Source of the DNA: Arenicellales bacterium
GTDB lineage: Bacteria > Pseudomonadota > Gammaproteobacteria > Arenicellales > JBFEOO01
Direction of reading: 5' to 3'
Length of the DNA: 64,000 nucleotides
NCBI GenBank assembly: GCA_041550555.1
Contig: JBFEOO010000002.1
Coordinates: 1,865-65,864, forward strand
Part shown: positions 11,687 to 23,012 of the stretch, in pieces
Position numbering within the stretch: position 1 is the first letter of the stretch
How the letters are laid out: every line of letters starts with the position of its first letter
Translations under genes and position numbers: made by a program
Notes under the pieces: generated by a model
What the model saw: only the letters and a program-made list of their open reading frames with translations
Databases searched by the model: none
What the model was told of the DNA's origin: nothing

Positions 11687-12409
11687 CTAGGAGACGCCGA
11701 GCAGCTCCGCCAGCGTTCTGGCCTGCGTCGCCTGGCGATAGGCCGTGGAGAGGTCGTCGAAGTACAGCCCGCCACCGCGTCGTGCATCCATCCAGCGGAC
11801 CATGGTTTCGACAGCGCCGCGCAGCTGTCGCAGGTCACCCCCTCGCGTCAGCGCAACGAGAAACCGACCCCAGGGGTACGGTCTCGCGTCGCGCTCGGGT
11901 CGCCAGACCACGCTTACGCGGGCATCCGCCAGCCAGCGCGCGACAGCGGCTGACAACGGCCTGCCGTCAGCGTCCACGGCGAGGGGTGCCAGATCAGCGA
12001 GCGCCTCCACGAGCCGCGCGAGCCACGTCGGCTCGGCGTTGCGACGTGTCCATCCGCAGTCCGTGGGAAGTGGTCTGACGACAAAAGCGCACGTGAGGTG
12101 CGCGGCGGGCGCCAACGTCGCTAGGAAGCGCGCCAGCTCCTGGCGCCGATCGGATCGGCCCAGTCGGGGCCGGCAAAGAACCGCCGGCAGCTCGACAACG
12201 AAGCTGAACCCGGGATCACAGTCCTCGACCCAGCCGGCGACATCCTCGGCGCTGGCGCGCGTCCACGTCGAGGCCGGCACCACCACGCTGCGGTGCTCGT
12301 TGCTGTAGTAGCAGAGACGCCACTCGGCGGGCATCTCCGGGGGGAAAACGTCTGCCGCCCACTGGGCATGATCCCACCCCCAGCAGCCGATCAAGAGTGG
12401 CTCGACCAT
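11687..12409 (-). CDS. Divergent DUF72 (UPF0759)-like protein
   Basis: The 240-aa ORF has high GC3. Its N-terminus IGCWGWDHAQW..FPPEMPAEWRLCYYS and C-terminus GLYFDD...ARTLAELL parallel the DUF72 pattern (IGTSGWSY..W..FYP....L.YYA ... VYFNND...A..L.ELL). The match comes from recall only. Confidence 0.5.
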   Translation of the reverse strand: MVEPLLIGCWGWDHAQWAADVFPPEMPAEWRLCYYSNEHRSVVVPASTWTRASAEDVAGWVEDCDPGFSFVVELPAVLCRPRLGRSDRRQELARFLATLAPAAHLTCAFVVRPLPTDCGWTRRNAEPTWLARLVEALADLAPLAVDADGRPLSAAVARWLADARVSVVWRPERDARPYPWGRFLVALTRGGDLRQLRGAVETMVRWMDARRGGGLYFDDLSTAYRQATQARTLAELLGVS

Positions 12410-12723
12410 CGCCGTACCCGCTAAACCGTGCGTCCGCTAGCCACCACCGTCTACCCTACCGCCATCTGCTCGGTGCTTACCGCCAGAGAGGGTACCACCC
12501 TGATCAGTCTCGCGCTGCAGGCCGGCGGACCGTACCGCGGGGTGCTCATCGGGACGCTCTGCCGGTGCAGCACCAGCGCGTCGGCAACAGCCCGCACCTC
12601 GGCCCGTCCGCGCGGTTCCATCTGTTATACTGCGGCGCACCGTGCATCGTCGGGACAGCCGGTGTCGGTCTGCAGATTGCAGCACACCCGATAGCGAACA
12701 GCTTGGGCAAGCGCGACGAGATC

Positions 12724-13725
12724 ATGAGCTTGAGTGCGGCGAACCAATCAGAGATTTCCGAAGACGGCTTCGTGCGTGAGGGCCGCAGCGTGCTCGCCAT
12801 GGAGGCCGACGCGGTGACGCGCCTCGGCGACCGGCTCGGGACTGCATTCGCCGACGCGTGCCGGCTGATTCTGGCCTGTGAAGGCCGGGTCGTGGTGGTG
12901 GGCATGGGTAAGTCCGGCCACGTGGGCGGCAAGATCGCCTCCACGCTGGCCAGCACCGGCACCCCAGCGTTTTTCGTGCATCCCGGCGAGGCCAGCCACG
13001 GCGACCTCGGCATGATCACGCCGACTGACCTCGTTCTGGCCATTTCCAACTCCGGCGAGACCCCTGAGATTCTTACGATCCTGCCGGTCATCAAGCGCCT
13101 CGGGGTGCGACTGCTGGCGCTGACGGGAGCGCTGGACTCCACGTTGGCTCAGCAGGCCGATGTCGCCCTCGATGTCGGCGTCGAGCAGGAGGCCTGCCCC
13201 CTCAATCTCGCCCCCACCGCCAGCACCACCGTCACCATGGCCATGGGTGATGCCCTCGCCGTGGCGCTGCTCCGCTCGCGCGGCTTCACCACGGAGGATT
13301 TTGCCCGCTCCCATCCGGGAGGGGTGCTTGGGCGCCGCCTGCTGCTCTACGTCAGCGACGTCATGCACACCGGCGACCAGATTCCGCTGGTGAGCGAGAG
13401 TGCGACACTGCCCGATGCGCTGCTGGAGATGTCGAGCAAGGGTCTCGGGATGACCGGCGTCGTCGATGCCGACATGCGTCTAGTGGGTATATTCACCGAC
13501 GGCGATCTGCGCCGCGCCCTCGGCAATTCCATCGACGTGTACGCGAGCCGCATCGACCGGCTGATGACCCGCGGACCGGTGACGATTTCTCCGGACACGC
13601 TTGCCGCCGCGGTCGTGCAGATGATGCGCACCCGATCGATCAACGGCGTTTTCGTAACCGACACGCAGCGGCGCGTGCTCGGCGCGCTCAACACCCACGA
13701 TCTGCTGCGCGCCGGGGTCATGTAG
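12724..13725 (+). CDS. kdsD: Arabinose-5-phosphate isomerase KdsD (SIS + tandem CBS)
   Basis: The protein contains GRVVVVGMGKSGHVGGKIASTLASTGTPAFFVHPGEASHGDLGMI and C-terminal CBS repeats. The start is at MSLSAANQ (12724). The track ORF from 12397 is an upstream extension. Confidence 0.92.
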   Translation: MSLSAANQSEISEDGFVREGRSVLAMEADAVTRLGDRLGTAFADACRLILACEGRVVVVGMGKSGHVGGKIASTLASTGTPAFFVHPGEASHGDLGMITPTDLVLAISNSGETPEILTILPVIKRLGVRLLALTGALDSTLAQQADVALDVGVEQEACPLNLAPTASTTVTMAMGDALAVALLRSRGFTTEDFARSHPGGVLGRRLLLYVSDVMHTGDQIPLVSESATLPDALLEMSSKGLGMTGVVDADMRLVGIFTDGDLRRALGNSIDVYASRIDRLMTRGPVTISPDTLAAAVVQMMRTRSINGVFVTDTQRRVLGALNTHDLLRAGVM

Positions 13726-13737
13726 CAGGGTGTTTTC

Positions 13738-14199
13738 GTGAAGCTCTTCGAAAAAGTTCTGCTGCTCGGCGTCGTCGCGGCGCTCGCCACCCTGAGCTTA
13801 TGGATGCAGCTCGGCGTGCTGGAGCAGCCGGCCCCGCCGGTCGACGTCACCGAGCGCCACGATCCGGACTACTACATAGAGAACTTCACGGCGTACGGCG
13901 TCGACCAGACCGGCCAGCGGAAGTACGTCCTCGAGGCGGAACGCATGGTGCACTATCCCGATGACAACACGGCGTTGCTCGACAAACCCCACGTCATTCA
14001 GTACGAGTCGGGCCGGGGCCCGAAGCACGTTTACGCGGATTCGGGCTGGATGTCGATGGACGGCGACGAGGTACTCATGACAGGGAACGTCCGGGTGATT
14101 CGCGCCGAGGGCGAAGGGACCGCGCCGGCCGTGACGACCACTGACAAGCTGCACATCAATCTCGAGGAGGACAAGAACCGCAAGAAGTGGAGCGGTTAG
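13738..14199 (+). CDS. lptC: LPS export protein LptC
   Basis: The 153-aa ORF has an N-terminal TM anchor, then PDYYIENFTAYGVDQTG and DKPHVIQYE typical of LptC. It starts 12 nt after kdsD with GTG. Confidence 0.8.
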   Translation: MKLFEKVLLLGVVAALATLSLWMQLGVLEQPAPPVDVTERHDPDYYIENFTAYGVDQTGQRKYVLEAERMVHYPDDNTALLDKPHVIQYESGRGPKHVYADSGWMSMDGDEVLMTGNVRVIRAEGEGTAPAVTTTDKLHINLEEDKNRKKWSG

Positions 14200-14444
14200 A
14201 CGCCCCACCGCGGGGCCGACCTGTCACGTGTCGCGGTGGCGGGTCTGCAGGCGAGGGTGGCCAGAGCGTGCTGGGGCAGTGATCACGATCTTGGGCCCAC
14301 TGGCGGAGCACCGCGCTTGCCGCGTGGCGAGGTGTCGTGCAAATCAGATCGATGTGGGGCTTTTTCCGTCGCCGACGATCACCCGGACGGGCGGCTGGCG
14401 ATGAGAGCTGGATCAACTGCGTTTTTACTTGGATGGCTGGAGCA

Positions 14445-15026
14445 ATGAGTGCAGGAAACTTCAAAATTCTGGTATTGGCTATCGGGACACTGGTCATCAC
14501 CCCATTGCCGACGAGCGCGGTGGCGTTGAAATCGGACCGCGAGCAGCCCGCAGCCGTTGACGCCGATCAGATCGATTTCGACTTCAAGACCGGGCGCCGA
14601 ACCTACGAGGGCAACGTGTTCGCCAAGCAGGGCACCACCGAGTTGACGGCGGACAAGATCGTCATGGAGTACGTCGACGACAAGCTCGACAAGGCGGTTG
14701 CCTGGGGCAATCCGGCTGTGTTCAGGACACTGCCGGACGGCCAGGAGGACATCGTGACCGGGAAAGGCCAGCGTATCGAGCTGGACAACACCGGACAGGT
14801 GGTCACCCTCCACGAGAATGCCGTTATCCAGCAAAGAGAGGATACGGTCACCGGAGAGACCATCGTCTACAACCTGACCACCGAGCAGCTCCAGATCCGT
14901 GGTGGATCAAAGGTGCGCAAGATGCCCGACGCGACGGGGACATCCACAGAGCAGGACAGCTCGGGGGAGCGTTCGCGCGTCGTCATCCAGCCGCGGCCCA
15001 AGAAGGCACCTGTAACGACCGAGTAA
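14445..15026 (+). CDS. lptA: LPS transport periplasmic protein LptA
   Basis: A signal peptide is followed by an OstA-like core ([29 protein letters not shown]...LTADKIV). The start may be ATG 14445 or 14433. The track ORF from 14337 is an extension. Confidence 0.85.
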   Translation: MSAGNFKILVLAIGTLVITPLPTSAVALKSDREQPAAVDADQIDFDFKTGRRTYEGNVFAKQGTTELTADKIVMEYVDDKLDKAVAWGNPAVFRTLPDGQEDIVTGKGQRIELDNTGQVVTLHENAVIQQREDTVTGETIVYNLTTEQLQIRGGSKVRKMPDATGTSTEQDSSGERSRVVIQPRPKKAPVTTE

Positions 15027-15130
15027 GCGGTGACGCACCGGCCAGCCGTTCGTCGCCACCCGCGCTCACGGACGATCCTCTTCCCGCTCGTACTGCCCGT
15101 GCGGCTATCGGCTCTGATGGGGCAAACGTC

Positions 15131-15856
15131 GTGAGCACGCTCGCAACGCGGGGGTTGGTGAAACAGTACAAGGGTCTGCGGGTCGTCGATGAGGTCGACG
15201 TCGACGTGGACAGCGGGGAGGTGGTCGGCCTGCTTGGGCCCAACGGAGCAGGTAAAACGACGTGCTTCTACATGATCGTCGGCCTGATTCGCAGCGATGC
15301 CGGTGCCATCCTGCTCGACGACACGGACATCAGCAATCTGCCCATGCACGAGCGGGCGCGTCTCGGCATAGGGTATCTGCCGCAGGAACCCTCGGTCTTC
15401 CGCAAGCTCTCAGTCGAGGACAATATCCTCGCCGTTCTGCAGGCCCAGCCGCGGCTCTCGGAAACCGAGCGTCGCCAACGGGCCGAGGAGATGCTCCGTG
15501 AGTTCAACATCGCCCACAAACGGGATTCGCTGGGTATCAGCCTCTCGGGCGGAGAGCGTCGCCGCGTGGAAATTGCGCGGGCCCTGTCGCTCGAGCCCTA
15601 TTTCATTCTCCTCGACGAACCTTTCGCCGGCATCGACCCAATCTCGGTCGTCGATATTCAACACATCATCTCCCATTTGCGCGACATCGGGATCGGCGTC
15701 ATCATCACCGATCACAACGTGCGCGAGACGCTGGGCATTTGTGACCGCGCCTACATTTTGAGCGAGGGCCGGGTGCTGACCTCTGGAAGTCCCGACGAAA
15801 TCCTCTACAACGAGGAAGTGCGCGAGATCTACCTCGGATCCGATTTCCGGCTCTGA
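15131..15856 (+). CDS. lptB: LPS export ABC transporter ATPase LptB
   Basis: The 241-aa ORF has [38 protein letters not shown] and [11 protein letters not shown]. Confidence 0.95.
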   Translation: MSTLATRGLVKQYKGLRVVDEVDVDVDSGEVVGLLGPNGAGKTTCFYMIVGLIRSDAGAILLDDTDISNLPMHERARLGIGYLPQEPSVFRKLSVEDNILAVLQAQPRLSETERRQRAEEMLREFNIAHKRDSLGISLSGGERRRVEIARALSLEPYFILLDEPFAGIDPISVVDIQHIISHLRDIGIGVIITDHNVRETLGICDRAYILSEGRVLTSGSPDEILYNEEVREIYLGSDFRL

Positions 15857-16295
15857 CGGCGCGGCCGCAGGTTTCTTCCAAGAGCCCACCCTGGCGTGCC
15901 CCTCCGCGGGGGTGCACCCGCGGCTGTCTGCGTCACAATCTCGGAGCTCGCAGCGTCGGGGGCCATTCGCGACGGCACAGCGGACGTGATCCCCCTCTTT
16001 CGTTCTCGGCCAACCGTTAGTGCGGCGGGCGACGCGAGGAGAAGCCTCTCCCATCGCCGGCGAGCCGCAGCGGCCGGACGAGATGCCCGACGACCGGCTC
16101 ACCCTCAGCCCTCCGAGTGCCTTCCATGACCGAAGAGCATCGCGAAGCATCCGCATTGACTACAATCCGGTAAAATCGTCGGCGCCGTTTGTCGAGGCCA
16201 CGGCGCAATCACGGCAGTCTTCCGCCGGTGTTCGCCGAGGGCACGTCACGCCGCGGCAGCGGCGCCGGCAGACGACGCTGCACGTCCCAAGGATC

Positions 16296-17828
16296 ATGAA
16301 ACAGTCACTCGAACTGAAGCTCGGTCAGCGTCTCACCATGACGCCGCAGCTGCAGCACGCCATTCGCTTGCTGCAGCTGTCCGCGGTGGAGCTCGCCAAC
16401 GAGATTCAGGAGGCTGTGCAGGCAAACCCGCTGCTCGAGGAGACAGACCCGGGGGACGAGGCGGACACCGATGCTGCGGCATCCGCGGAGCATGCTGCAA
16501 CGCGATCCGATGAAAACGGCGGCGATCTGTTCTCGAAGCTCGCCGAGGGAGACGATGACAGCGATGGGTCACCGGACAGCGCACGCGCCATCGACGAGCA
16601 GCTGACCGACGATGTCCGCAGCGATGCTCGCGACGGCGACGACGGCTGGGAGTCGGACGACGACGACTTCATCCAGCGTACCGATGCGCGCGGCGAAAGC
16701 GATGCCGCCGATTACGAGACCGACTGGCGCGACAGCGCCGCGACGACCCTGCAGGCGCATCTGCTGTGGCAGATGCGCCTGACCCCCTTCTCCGAGCGCG
16801 ACGCCTCGATCGCCCAGGCGCTCATCGGCAGCATCGACGCCGACGGCTACCTCAGAGCCAGTCTCCATGAAGTACGCGAGACGGTGCCGAACGGGGACGA
16901 TATCGACGTGGACGAGATCGAGGCTGTTCTGCACCAGATTCAGAACTTCGATCCGGCCGGGGTGGGGGCGCGCGATCTCGGCGAGTGTCTGGTGCTGCAG
17001 CTCAGGCAAATGTCCCTCGACCGGCCCGTGCTGGACAAGGCGATCGCGCTCGCTTCCACCCACCTGCAGCTGCTCGCCGACCACGACTTCGGGCGCCTGC
17101 GCAAAGTGCTGACGCTCGACGCGCAGCAGCTTCAAGAGCTCATCGACACCATCCGTGCTCTCAATCCACGCCCGGGCAATGCCATCGGGCCAAGCCCCAC
17201 CGTCTACGTTACCCCCGATCTCATCGTCAGAAAGGTGAACGGTCGCTGGCGGGCGGCGCTCCACACGAGCGCGCTGCCGGAGATTCGCATCACCCGCCGC
17301 TATCAGACCCTTTTGCGGCAGGCAAGCCGCAGCGCGGACCGCAAATATCTCCAGGACCAGCTCCAGGAGGCGCGCTGGTTCTTGAAGAGCCTTCAGAACC
17401 GGCACGACACGCTGCTGAAGGTGGCGCGGGAAATCGTAGCGAGGCAATACGGATTCTTCGATCACGGCGAGATCGCGATGCGTCCTCTCGTGCTGGCGGA
17501 CATCGCCCGTGCCCTGAGCATGCACGAGTCCACCATTTCCCGCGTCACAACGCAGAAGTACATGATGACGCCGCGCGGTATCTTCGAGCTCAAGTATTTC
17601 TTCTCGAGCAGCATCGGCACCACTGACGGCGGCTCATGCTCGGCCACGGCAATCCGGTCCCTGATCAAGAAAATGGTCGCAGCCGAGCAGCCCACGCAAC
17701 CGATCACCGACAGCGAGATCGCCCGTATTCTCGAGCAGCAAGGCATCCGGGTCGCCCGTCGCACCGTCGCCAAATACCGCGACCACATGAACATCCCGCC
17801 CTCAAGTCAACGCAAGTCTCTGGGATAG
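16296..17828 (+). CDS. rpoN: RNA polymerase sigma-54 factor RpoN
   Basis: The protein starts MKQSLELKLGQRLTMTPQLQHAIRLLQLS, has an acidic region II, and carries the RpoN box ARRTVAKYR near the C-terminus. The start is at ATG 16296. The track ORF from 16020 is an extension. Confidence 0.95.
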   Translation: MKQSLELKLGQRLTMTPQLQHAIRLLQLSAVELANEIQEAVQANPLLEETDPGDEADTDAAASAEHAATRSDENGGDLFSKLAEGDDDSDGSPDSARAIDEQLTDDVRSDARDGDDGWESDDDDFIQRTDARGESDAADYETDWRDSAATTLQAHLLWQMRLTPFSERDASIAQALIGSIDADGYLRASLHEVRETVPNGDDIDVDEIEAVLHQIQNFDPAGVGARDLGECLVLQLRQMSLDRPVLDKAIALASTHLQLLADHDFGRLRKVLTLDAQQLQELIDTIRALNPRPGNAIGPSPTVYVTPDLIVRKVNGRWRAALHTSALPEIRITRRYQTLLRQASRSADRKYLQDQLQEARWFLKSLQNRHDTLLKVAREIVARQYGFFDHGEIAMRPLVLADIARALSMHESTISRVTTQKYMMTPRGIFELKYFFSSSIGTTDGGSCSATAIRSLIKKMVAAEQPTQPITDSEIARILEQQGIRVARRTVAKYRDHMNIPPSSQRKSLG

Positions 17829-18028
17829 GGGCTGTCCGAGTGATCCTCGTCCACCTAAACGAATGCATCGGCGCCGGGCTGCCACGGCTGCAGTCGGGTA
17901 CGATGGGTGGGACGGCGCACGTCGAGCGCGGCAGCCCACCGCGCTGCCACCCCGGGCCCCGCGGCGTGTGGCAGCCGATCAGCCCGCAGAACGGCCTCGT
18001 GGGTTCGGCCGGCTGAGGAAACGAGACA

Positions 18029-18583
18029 ATGCCAAACAAGGAGCAACGCGTCGACGATGCCCGCTCGGACGCCGCGCCACGCGAAGCGATCGCACGGGAG
18101 CGCGATGGGACCCCGGACCTCGGCAGCCTGCTTGTGCCGGCCCGGGTAGCGGTCGATGTGCAGGTCTCGAGCAAGAAGCGGTTGCTCGAGGAATTGGCCG
18201 TTCTGTTGCTCAAAGACAATCCGAACCTGGATCGGAGCACCGTTTTCCAGATTCTCAACGAGCGCGAGCGGCTGGGCAGCACCGGCATCGGGGAAGGCGT
18301 GGCGTTGCCGCACGGCCGCCTGAACGGAATCGACGAGGCGATCGCTGCGGTGGTGAGACTCAAACGCCCGCTCGATTTCGACGCCGTTGACCAGGAGCCG
18401 GTGAGTCTCGTCTTCGGCCTGCTGGTTCCCGCGCAGGCCACCGAGACCCACCTGAAGCTCTTGGCGGCTCTCGCCAAGATGTTGAGTAACCCGCATCTGC
18501 GCGGGCAGATCATGCGCGCGCCCGACGCCGATACGCTTTACCGGTGCATCGTCGGCACGACGCGCGGCGCGGACACCGCCTAG
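18029..18583 (+). CDS. ptsN: PTS IIA-Ntr (nitrogen regulatory IIA protein) PtsN
   Basis: The protein contains ERERLGSTGIGEGVALPHGR, which holds the phosphorylatable His. It has a roughly 30-aa N-terminal extension relative to typical PtsN. GAGGAA lies upstream of the ATG. Confidence 0.88.
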   Translation: MPNKEQRVDDARSDAAPREAIARERDGTPDLGSLLVPARVAVDVQVSSKKRLLEELAVLLLKDNPNLDRSTVFQILNERERLGSTGIGEGVALPHGRLNGIDEAIAAVVRLKRPLDFDAVDQEPVSLVFGLLVPAQATETHLKLLAALAKMLSNPHLRGQIMRAPDADTLYRCIVGTTRGADTA

Positions 18584-18633
18584 GCCGAACGGTGCGCGAA
18601 GCGAACCAAGAGCGCAGAGAGCCCCGAACACTC

Positions 18634-19488
18634 ATGAACATCATCATCATCAGCGGCCTTTCCGGCTCCGGCAAGAGCATTGCTCTGCAGGCGCTGGAAG
18701 ACATGGGCTACTACTGTATCGACAACCTCCCCGCCACGCTGTTACCGCAGCTGGCGGACGAGCTCGCCACTCAGACGGACTGGCAGGTAACCCAGCTGGC
18801 GGTCAGCATCGACTCCCGCAATCGGGCCATGCTCGGGCGACTACCCGAAAAATTGCGCGACCTTGGCGCGCTGGGTCTCGACTATCGCATCATTTTCCTG
18901 GAGGCCGCCGAGCAAATTCTCATCAAACGGTTCAGCGAGACCCGGCGTCGACATCCGTTGACCGACGACAGCACACCGCTTGTGGAAGGAATCCGTCTGG
19001 AGAAGACGCTGCTCGCGCCGCTGCTCGAGAGCGCTTCCACGATCATCGACACTTCGAATGCCACGCCCCATGAGCTGCGTGGCCGGGTTCGCGATTTCGT
19101 CGGCGGTGGGGATGCCAAGGGACCATCGCTGCTCTTCGAGTCCTTCGGCTACAAGCACGGCACACCACCCGAGGCGAATTTCGTCTTTGACGTGCGCTGT
19201 CTGCCCAATCCCTACTGGGAGACGAGCCTGCGCCGCCTGTGCGGTCTCGACGACGAGGTAGTGGCTTTCCTCGAGAACGACGAGCGGGTGGCACAAATGA
19301 TCGAACACATCCGCGAGTTCATCGAGACCTGGCTTCCGGACTTCAGCGCCGAGAATCGCAGCTATATCACCGTCGCCGTTGGCTGCACGGGAGGTCGCCA
19401 CCGATCCGTCTACGTGACCGAACGGCTCGCGAGTCATTTTTCAGCAAAGCAGCTCAACGTGCAGACGCGACACCGGGAGCTGTCGTAA
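18634..19488 (+). CDS. rapZ: RNase adapter protein RapZ (YhbJ)
   Basis: The protein starts MNIIIISGLSGSGKSIALQALEDMGYYCIDNLP and has a C-terminal GCTGGRHRSV motif. The start is at ATG 18634. Confidence 0.93.
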   Translation: MNIIIISGLSGSGKSIALQALEDMGYYCIDNLPATLLPQLADELATQTDWQVTQLAVSIDSRNRAMLGRLPEKLRDLGALGLDYRIIFLEAAEQILIKRFSETRRRHPLTDDSTPLVEGIRLEKTLLAPLLESASTIIDTSNATPHELRGRVRDFVGGGDAKGPSLLFESFGYKHGTPPEANFVFDVRCLPNPYWETSLRRLCGLDDEVVAFLENDERVAQMIEHIREFIETWLPDFSAENRSYITVAVGCTGGRHRSVYVTERLASHFSAKQLNVQTRHRELS

Positions 19489-19523
19489 AGACAGCCCGGG
19501 CCATGTCCGCCTTCGCCTGATCG

Positions 19524-19796
19524 ATGAGCAAATCCTACGAGGTCGAGGTGATCAACAAGCTCGGATTACATGCCCGAGCGGCAGCCAAACTGGTCAAGCT
19601 GGCGACGGGGTTCGAGTCGCGCATCCGGCTGAGCTATCGCGGGCAGGTCGTCGACGCCAAAAGCATCATGGGCATCATGATGCTTGCCGCTGCGCAGGGC
19701 GCCCGCATAGAGATCGACATAGAGGGCACGGACGCCGAGGCGGCAGCTGGCCAGATAGAACGGCTGTTCGCGAATCGATTCGGGGAGGAGGAGTGA
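19524..19796 (+). CDS. ptsO: HPr-family phosphocarrier protein (NPr/PtsO-like)
   Basis: The 90-aa ORF has GLHARAAAKL (His15 region) and KSIMGIMML (Ser46 region). Confidence 0.9.
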   Translation: MSKSYEVEVINKLGLHARAAAKLVKLATGFESRIRLSYRGQVVDAKSIMGIMMLAAAQGARIEIDIEGTDAEAAAGQIERLFANRFGEEE

Positions 19797-19800
19797 AAGC

Positions 19801-21534
<1,734 letters not shown>

Positions 21535-21558
21535 GCGTACCCTCTGCGACCCGTACTC

Positions 21559-22905
21559 ATGCCTGCAATCGAACAAGGCGAACTTCGCGAGCGCGTGCTC
21601 GAAGCGCTCGAAGCCGGCTCCGAAACCGACATCCGCCACATCATCGCGGAGCTGCATCCAGCCGACGCGGCGGACCTGCTCGAAAGCCTGCCGCCTGACC
21701 AACGACGACCGGTATGGTCCGCGGTCGCGGAGGCGAAGATCGGCGAGACGCTCGCCGAGTTGTCGGACGGCGTGCGCAGGACGCTGCTCGCGGAGATGGA
21801 CGCACAGTCTCTGGTCGCAGCCGTCCGCACGTTGGACATAGACGACATCGCCGATCTCATTCCCGACCTTCCCGAGGAGGTGATCGCCGATCTGCAGCTC
21901 GCGGTCGACAAGCAGGCTCGCGAAGGCCTCGACGCCGTTCTGGCCTACCCTGACGATACGGCAGGGGGGCTGATGAACGTCGATACGGTGACCGTCCGGG
22001 AGAGTCTGTCGTTGGCTGTCGTGCTGCGCTATCTGCGCCTGCGCGGGGATCTACCCGAGTACACCGACAAGCTGTTCGGGGTCGACCGCAACAATCGCCT
22101 CACGGGTGTGCTGTTCGTGTCATCGCTGCTGACACGGGATGCTGCGACCCGGGTCGGCGAGCTGCTCGACAAGGAGCCGATACGATTCACGGCGCTGACG
22201 GCAGCCGCCGACGTTGCCGCTGCCTTCGAGCGCTACAACTTGATCTCCGCCCCCGTGGTGGACGACGAGAACAGGCTGCTCGGCCGGATCACCGTCGACG
22301 ACGTCGTCGACGTCATCCGTGGAGAGGCCGATCACGACGTCATGGCCCGCGCCGGTCTCGACGTGGAGGAGGACATCTTTGCCCCCGTCGCCCGCAGCAC
22401 CCGCGGCCGGGCGCTGTGGCTGGGCGTCAATCTGATCACGGCATTCATCGCATCGTGGGTGATCCTGCAATTCGAGCGGACCATCGAGCAGCTCGTGGCC
22501 CTTGCGGTGCTCATGCCCATCGTCGCCAGCATGGGGGGCAATGCCGGCACGCAGACGCTGACCATCGTCATCCGCGGGCTCGGTACCGGCACTATCCACC
22601 CCGCCAATGCCCGGCAGGTGCTGAAGAAAGAGTTCCTGGTCGGCGGCTTGAACGGCTTCATCTGGGCTCTTGCAGTCGCGGTCATCGCCATGCTGTGGTA
22701 CCAGAACACCGAGCTCGCCCTGATCGTCGGCCTGGCGATGATAATCAACATCATCGCCTCGGCCATCGCCGGCGTACTGCTGCCCGTGACATTGAATCGC
22801 ATCGGGATCGACCCGGCACTCGCCAGCGGCGTGGCACTCACCACGGTAACCGACGTGGTCGGGTTTCTCTCGGTGCTCGGTCTCGCTGCGCTGTTCCTGC
22901 TGTGA
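21559..22905 (+). CDS. mgtE: Magnesium transporter MgtE
   Basis: The 448-aa ORF has an N-domain, a CBS pair and a TM domain with MPIVASMGGNAGTQ and the DVVGF motif. Confidence 0.93.
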   Translation: MPAIEQGELRERVLEALEAGSETDIRHIIAELHPADAADLLESLPPDQRRPVWSAVAEAKIGETLAELSDGVRRTLLAEMDAQSLVAAVRTLDIDDIADLIPDLPEEVIADLQLAVDKQAREGLDAVLAYPDDTAGGLMNVDTVTVRESLSLAVVLRYLRLRGDLPEYTDKLFGVDRNNRLTGVLFVSSLLTRDAATRVGELLDKEPIRFTALTAAADVAAAFERYNLISAPVVDDENRLLGRITVDDVVDVIRGEADHDVMARAGLDVEEDIFAPVARSTRGRALWLGVNLITAFIASWVILQFERTIEQLVALAVLMPIVASMGGNAGTQTLTIVIRGLGTGTIHPANARQVLKKEFLVGGLNGFIWALAVAVIAMLWYQNTELALIVGLAMIINIIASAIAGVLLPVTLNRIGIDPALASGVALTTVTDVVGFLSVLGLAALFLL

Positions 22906-23012
22906 TGCCGTAACCCGCGTCCGCAACCCGGCCGTGGGGTGTGGGTGACCCGTGCTCCGTCGCAGCGGCGCAGGCGGCAGTTCCGTGCGCAGCGTGCGCG
23001 AGGGCTCAGCCG

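Noticed and set aside
16020-16295. N-terminal extensions of track ORFs: rpoN from 16020, kdsD from 12397, ileS from 37365, selD from 45427, M48 from 57173, lnt from 24614, hisD from 5081
   Set aside because: Homology begins at internal Met/Val codons that have SD sequences or stop/start coupling. The upstream parts are Arg/Pro-rich and, for ileS, run through an intrinsic terminator.
17829-18028. Possible remnant of hpf between rpoN and ptsN
   Set aside because: No frame gives HPF-like sequence (for example MQLNITG...), and 200 nt is too short for the gene. It was treated as a plain intergenic region.
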